Source: an uncultured Candidatus Sumerlaeota bacterium (GTDB taxonomy: Bacteria > Sumerlaeota > Sumerlaeia > UBA8349). From it: a DNA stretch of 57,243 nucleotides. How positions within the stretch are numbered: the first letter of the stretch is position 1; every line of letters starts with the position of its first letter. The position numbers were made by a program, and so were the translations under genes. Under the pieces are notes generated by a model. The model was given only the letters and a program-made list of their open reading frames with translations, made no database searches and was not told the DNA's origin. Location: positions 1 to 57,243 of the forward strand of contig CAYWYC010000003.1 of the NCBI GenBank assembly GCA_964462565.1, written 5' to 3'. This document shows, one piece after another, positions 54,339 to 57,243 of the stretch.

Positions 54339-56192
54339 CTATTTGAGGCCCTCAATTGCCTTCTTGTAGTAGTTCAGCGTCACGCGGATTTCCGACTTCT
54401 TGTTGCGGTTCATCCAGAGTTTTTCGAATCGCCGTTGCAGCGCCTGCATCTCGCGCCGCAGTTCCTTGCGCTTTTCAGCCGTGTCTTCCCCGCGCGGACC
54501 GAAGGTGAGGCACTTTTCAATGGCGTGGTCCAGCGTATCCACCGAAAAACTCCAGGCCGGCAAAATCCGGTGGGGATCGCTCTGGCGTTGGGCTTTTTCC
54601 TGCTGAATGGTTTCGCGCAGTTTCTGGAGTTTGCCTTTGGCCGACTTCAGGTATCGCGCGTTCAGGATAACTTCCTTGGAACTGCTGTCGGGTTCGAAAA
54701 CCCTGCGTTTGGGCGATTCCTGAAAGAGATCGGCATCAGGCGTGGCGAAATAAGCGTTGCGCAGATAGCGGCAGCTGATCTTGCCAAGTTCGTCCAGGCC
54801 CTTCGCCAATGGCTTGCTGTCGGAATTCAGAAACACCTTCACAAAACGCTGGTTGAAACTTTCCTTGTCAGCATCGGGATTCCAGGCCTGTTCGGCAGCG
54901 TAGAGATATCCCGGCCAGGAAAATTCCATCAGGTTGTAGTGGCCGCCGTCCCCCCAATCGGTATTGAGAATACCATCAGCGCCATTTTTGCGCGCAGCCT
55001 GCGTCCAGCCTTCAATATTTACGCGCGCGTTGTGGTTTTCCGGAAAAAGTCGCGACCACGAGGACGTCCCCGGACAGGCCAGGAAGGGTACTCCCACTTT
55101 CTTGAAGCGCTTGATGTTTTCATAATTATGGCTATGCTCATAGCCCCAATCGAGGACGGTAATATCATCAGGCAGCTCGGGAATGAGCTCGGGATAATGG
55201 TGAATGATATCACCCCAGAACATGATCTGCTTGCCGTATTTGGCGGCCAGATCGCGCAGGCGCAAAATATGCTCCAGGTAAACGCGTCCCTTGCCTTTTT
55301 TCTGGCAAAGTTCATAGGACTGACCCATGCCCAGATCCCAGGTTTCGTCGCAACAAACGTTGAAACGCTTCGACTGAAAGAGCGGCAGAAATTCCGACCA
55401 CAGCGAATCGATAAAATCGTAGGACTCCTGCCGGCCCGGCGTAATGGTCCAGCCCTTGCGGATGGCATGCACCCAATGGCCCTTGAGTTCTTCATGATAT
55501 TCGCCAACGCCCTTGTCCTCCGCCAAGTGGCGATAGGGGGCGTGTTCCAGGATGCGATCCATGTGGCCGAAGGAGGCTATCGACGGCACAAAGTCGATAT
55601 GGTTCTCGCGGCAGCAGGCGTCCACCTCCATGATTTCTTCCGCCGTCAGCGAACCGCAATTCCGCCCGATCTCGGGATGATCGCGAAAGACAAAGGTGTG
55701 CTTCACGTAGTATTGCAGATGGTTGATTTTGAAATGGGCCAGCAGGCGCGCCTGATCCTTCAGACTCGCAAGCGTGGGAACGCGTCCCCGGCAGACATCA
55801 TAATAAAGCCCGCGATCTTGAAACTCGGGCCAATCGTCAATAGCCACTTTGGCAACACAGCCCTTGGGAGACTGCCCGGCAATCTGAAGCAAAGTCTGGA
55901 AACCGTGCCAGGCGGCTGTCGGGTTTTGCGCGATCAGACGGACTCCCTCGTCGTGCACAATAAGACGATAGCCACCGGCCTTGAGCGATTCGTCTATGCC
56001 CAGGTAAAAATCATCCGATTTCTCCGACGCAATGGCCGCGATCTTGAAGCGGCGGAAAATAGCGCGTCCCGCCTCCTTGGCCACATCGTAAAGACTGGAG
56101 TCCGATATTCCAATGGTCGCGGAATTGGGAATCTGGTAAGCGCTTTTGCTTTCTTCAATCTCGCGCGGTTGCGGTATCAGGCTCAGGGACAT
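54339..56192 (-). CDS. Glycoside hydrolase family 20-like (beta-N-acetylhexosaminidase family)
   Basis: N-terminal LIPQPREI... GH20b-like domain, IDDWPEFQDRGLYYDV and FNVCCDETWDLG in a TIM-barrel-sized region. Confidence 0.75.
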   Translation of the reverse strand: MSLSLIPQPREIEESKSAYQIPNSATIGISDSSLYDVAKEAGRAIFRRFKIAAIASEKSDDFYLGIDESLKAGGYRLIVHDEGVRLIAQNPTAAWHGFQTLLQIAGQSPKGCVAKVAIDDWPEFQDRGLYYDVCRGRVPTLASLKDQARLLAHFKINHLQYYVKHTFVFRDHPEIGRNCGSLTAEEIMEVDACCRENHIDFVPSIASFGHMDRILEHAPYRHLAEDKGVGEYHEELKGHWVHAIRKGWTITPGRQESYDFIDSLWSEFLPLFQSKRFNVCCDETWDLGMGQSYELCQKKGKGRVYLEHILRLRDLAAKYGKQIMFWGDIIHHYPELIPELPDDITVLDWGYEHSHNYENIKRFKKVGVPFLACPGTSSWSRLFPENHNARVNIEGWTQAARKNGADGILNTDWGDGGHYNLMEFSWPGYLYAAEQAWNPDADKESFNQRFVKVFLNSDSKPLAKGLDELGKISCRYLRNAYFATPDADLFQESPKRRVFEPDSSSKEVILNARYLKSAKGKLQKLRETIQQEKAQRQSDPHRILPAWSFSVDTLDHAIEKCLTFGPRGEDTAEKRKELRREMQALQRRFEKLWMNRNKKSEIRVTLNYYKKAIEGLK

Positions 56193-56203
56193 TGTGTCTC
56201 CTT

Positions 56204-57094
56204 TTATTTTTTGAGTTTTTTCGGCAAAAAGCCTGGCGTCATTTTCACCGTTTCTTTCGAACGCGTCTCCTGGAGTTCCACCTTCGACTCCCGATGCTCC
56301 AGCAGACTCAGCGACATCTCGATCACTTCTTCTGCCTCGCGCGGCGTCATGGTGCCAATGGTAACCATGTCGATATCACGAAGAGTGCTCCACACAAAGG
56401 CCAGGCCCTGAAGCGGCCGCAACTGACCGGCGGCCAACGGCTTGATCGTCATGACCGGACGCTCCGCCTGGTGGATGACCTTGGTGGTCCAGTCCACTTC
56501 CAGGTGCATCAGGTAGCCCAGGGTGTTATAGATCGAAATATAGGTCTCCACATCGAGCCCGCTTTCGTCCGCAAAAACAATCGACTCCGGGCTGTGCGTG
56601 CTGAGACCGGGGATCATGCCGCGTTCGCGAATGCCGGCGCAGATCTGATCCATAAATCGAATCTTACGCGCGCAACGGTCCAACAGCCGGTCTGTAGTTG
56701 ACGTATGGGGCATGCAGAAATCAGAACCGATCTCGGCTTCTCGGTCCAGAACCTCGCGCACATTATCCATATCCAGGCCCTGCCCCGGGGTTTCCGTGGT
56801 GATCTTGAAGCCCGGCGTGGAGATACGAATCGCGCCAACGCCTGTGCGGTCCTCGGCCTCCCGAATGGCATCGCACAGGTGCGGTGCGTTGCACATAGGA
56901 CCCATTACGGTATCCACGCCATTGCGAAAAAAGACTTCGAGAATATCGGCAATCGATTTGTAATCGGAATGGGTTTCCTGAATCTGGGCGTCTTTGGAGC
57001 GGGTGCAGTGGGAATAGCCCAACATCCAATTGGTCCCGGCGATCATGCGCGAAAGCGAACGGCCACCGACTTCGGTACGGGGGAAAATACTCAT
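56204..57094 (-). CDS. Hypothetical protein (possibly TIM-barrel / aldo-keto-reductase-like), co-operonic with GH20
   Basis: AGGAG SD and coding-like composition. It lies 11 nt upstream of the GH20 start. Only a loose resemblance (GRSLSRMIAGTNWMLG) to AKR N-termini. Confidence 0.6.
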   Translation of the reverse strand: MSIFPRTEVGGRSLSRMIAGTNWMLGYSHCTRSKDAQIQETHSDYKSIADILEVFFRNGVDTVMGPMCNAPHLCDAIREAEDRTGVGAIRISTPGFKITTETPGQGLDMDNVREVLDREAEIGSDFCMPHTSTTDRLLDRCARKIRFMDQICAGIRERGMIPGLSTHSPESIVFADESGLDVETYISIYNTLGYLMHLEVDWTTKVIHQAERPVMTIKPLAAGQLRPLQGLAFVWSTLRDIDMVTIGTMTPREAEEVIEMSLSLLEHRESKVELQETRSKETVKMTPGFLPKKLKK

Positions 57095-57171
57095 GTTGCT
57101 GTCTCCTGCTATTCAAGGCATTTGACAAAAAGCCATCCGGACTTTTTGAGCAATACATGGAAAGCATATCT

Positions 57172-57198
57172 GATAAAATAAAACAGGCCTCAGCCTGT
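57172..57198 (-). terminator. Rho-independent terminator of a minus-strand gene lying beyond the right window edge
   Basis: Minus strand: acaggc-tgag-gcctgt followed by tttattttat. Confidence 0.65.
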
Positions 57199-57243
57199 TC
57201 ATTCAGCATGATACGAAGCGCTCTACATCTCAAGCATAAAGTG

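Noticed and set aside
53883-56411. 842-aa plus-strand ORF, the longest in the track
   Set aside because: It is codon-aligned antisense to the motif-supported GH20 and kinase genes and continues into a third gene. Its composition is R/H/G/F/A/V-rich with no recognisable domains. The absence of TTA, CTA and TCA codons in the sense genes explains it.
1-57243. tRNA, rRNA, CRISPR arrays, DGR/retron-type elements
   Set aside because: I recognised no T-loop-like GGTTCGAATCC motifs, no rRNA-like stretches, no regularly spaced direct repeats and no reverse-transcriptase ORF. This was a visual scan only, so short ncRNAs could have been missed.

Overview
57.2-kb densely coding bacterial chromosomal window. 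By eye most genes are about 55-62% GC, with an AT-rich patch of about 35-43% GC at 4.8-6.0 kb. I support about 50 CDS plus several promoters and terminators. I recognised no rRNA, tRNA or CRISPR array.

Layout, left to right:
- A 3'-truncated giant secreted beta-helix/Ig/dockerin-like protein. It is absent from the ORF track because it has no stop in the window.
- A small glycan-modification islet: sulfotransferase, IS3-family remnant, low-GC GT4, GT2.
- An orphan MotA-like channel protein with a His-run and a K/S tail.
- IclR regulator plus FAD oxidoreductase, a small membrane protein, trxA, an M20 dipeptidase, murC, a coiled-coil gene plus thiE, and a secreted VIT-VWA protein.
- An 18-kb co-directional block: class III nucleotidyl cyclase, membrane protein, sensor kinase, an antisense four-helix-bundle (23S rRNA IVS-protein family) cassette, DUF502, a sigma54-type response regulator, and a ten-gene Bat/MoxR-VWA (aerotolerance-type) locus.
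- hisD, hemW, comEA, a cold-shock gene, queG, pilC-pilB, DUF72, nusB, a cell-wall amidase, TPR, CheY-like RR, a GAF-PAS kinase, and a DUF360-like membrane protein.
- A GT4-sixA-kinase-GH20-hypothetical operon.

The gene content is reminiscent of PVC-type or related uncultivated lineages, but I cannot verify that here.

Most interesting:
- The Bat locus is non-canonical. It has an enzyme-like cytoplasmic gene wedged between batA and batB, two DUF4381-like paralogs (one fused to a BatD-like domain), and a MITE-like structured insert between moxR and DUF58.
- The four-helix-bundle cassette is inserted antisense into a two-component operon and carries 26-nt inverted repeats.
- The MotA-like protein has no MotB partner.
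- TTA, CTA and TCA codons are depleted across the window, which creates many long codon-aligned antisense shadow ORFs.

All functional calls rest on motif recognition by eye. No database search was run.
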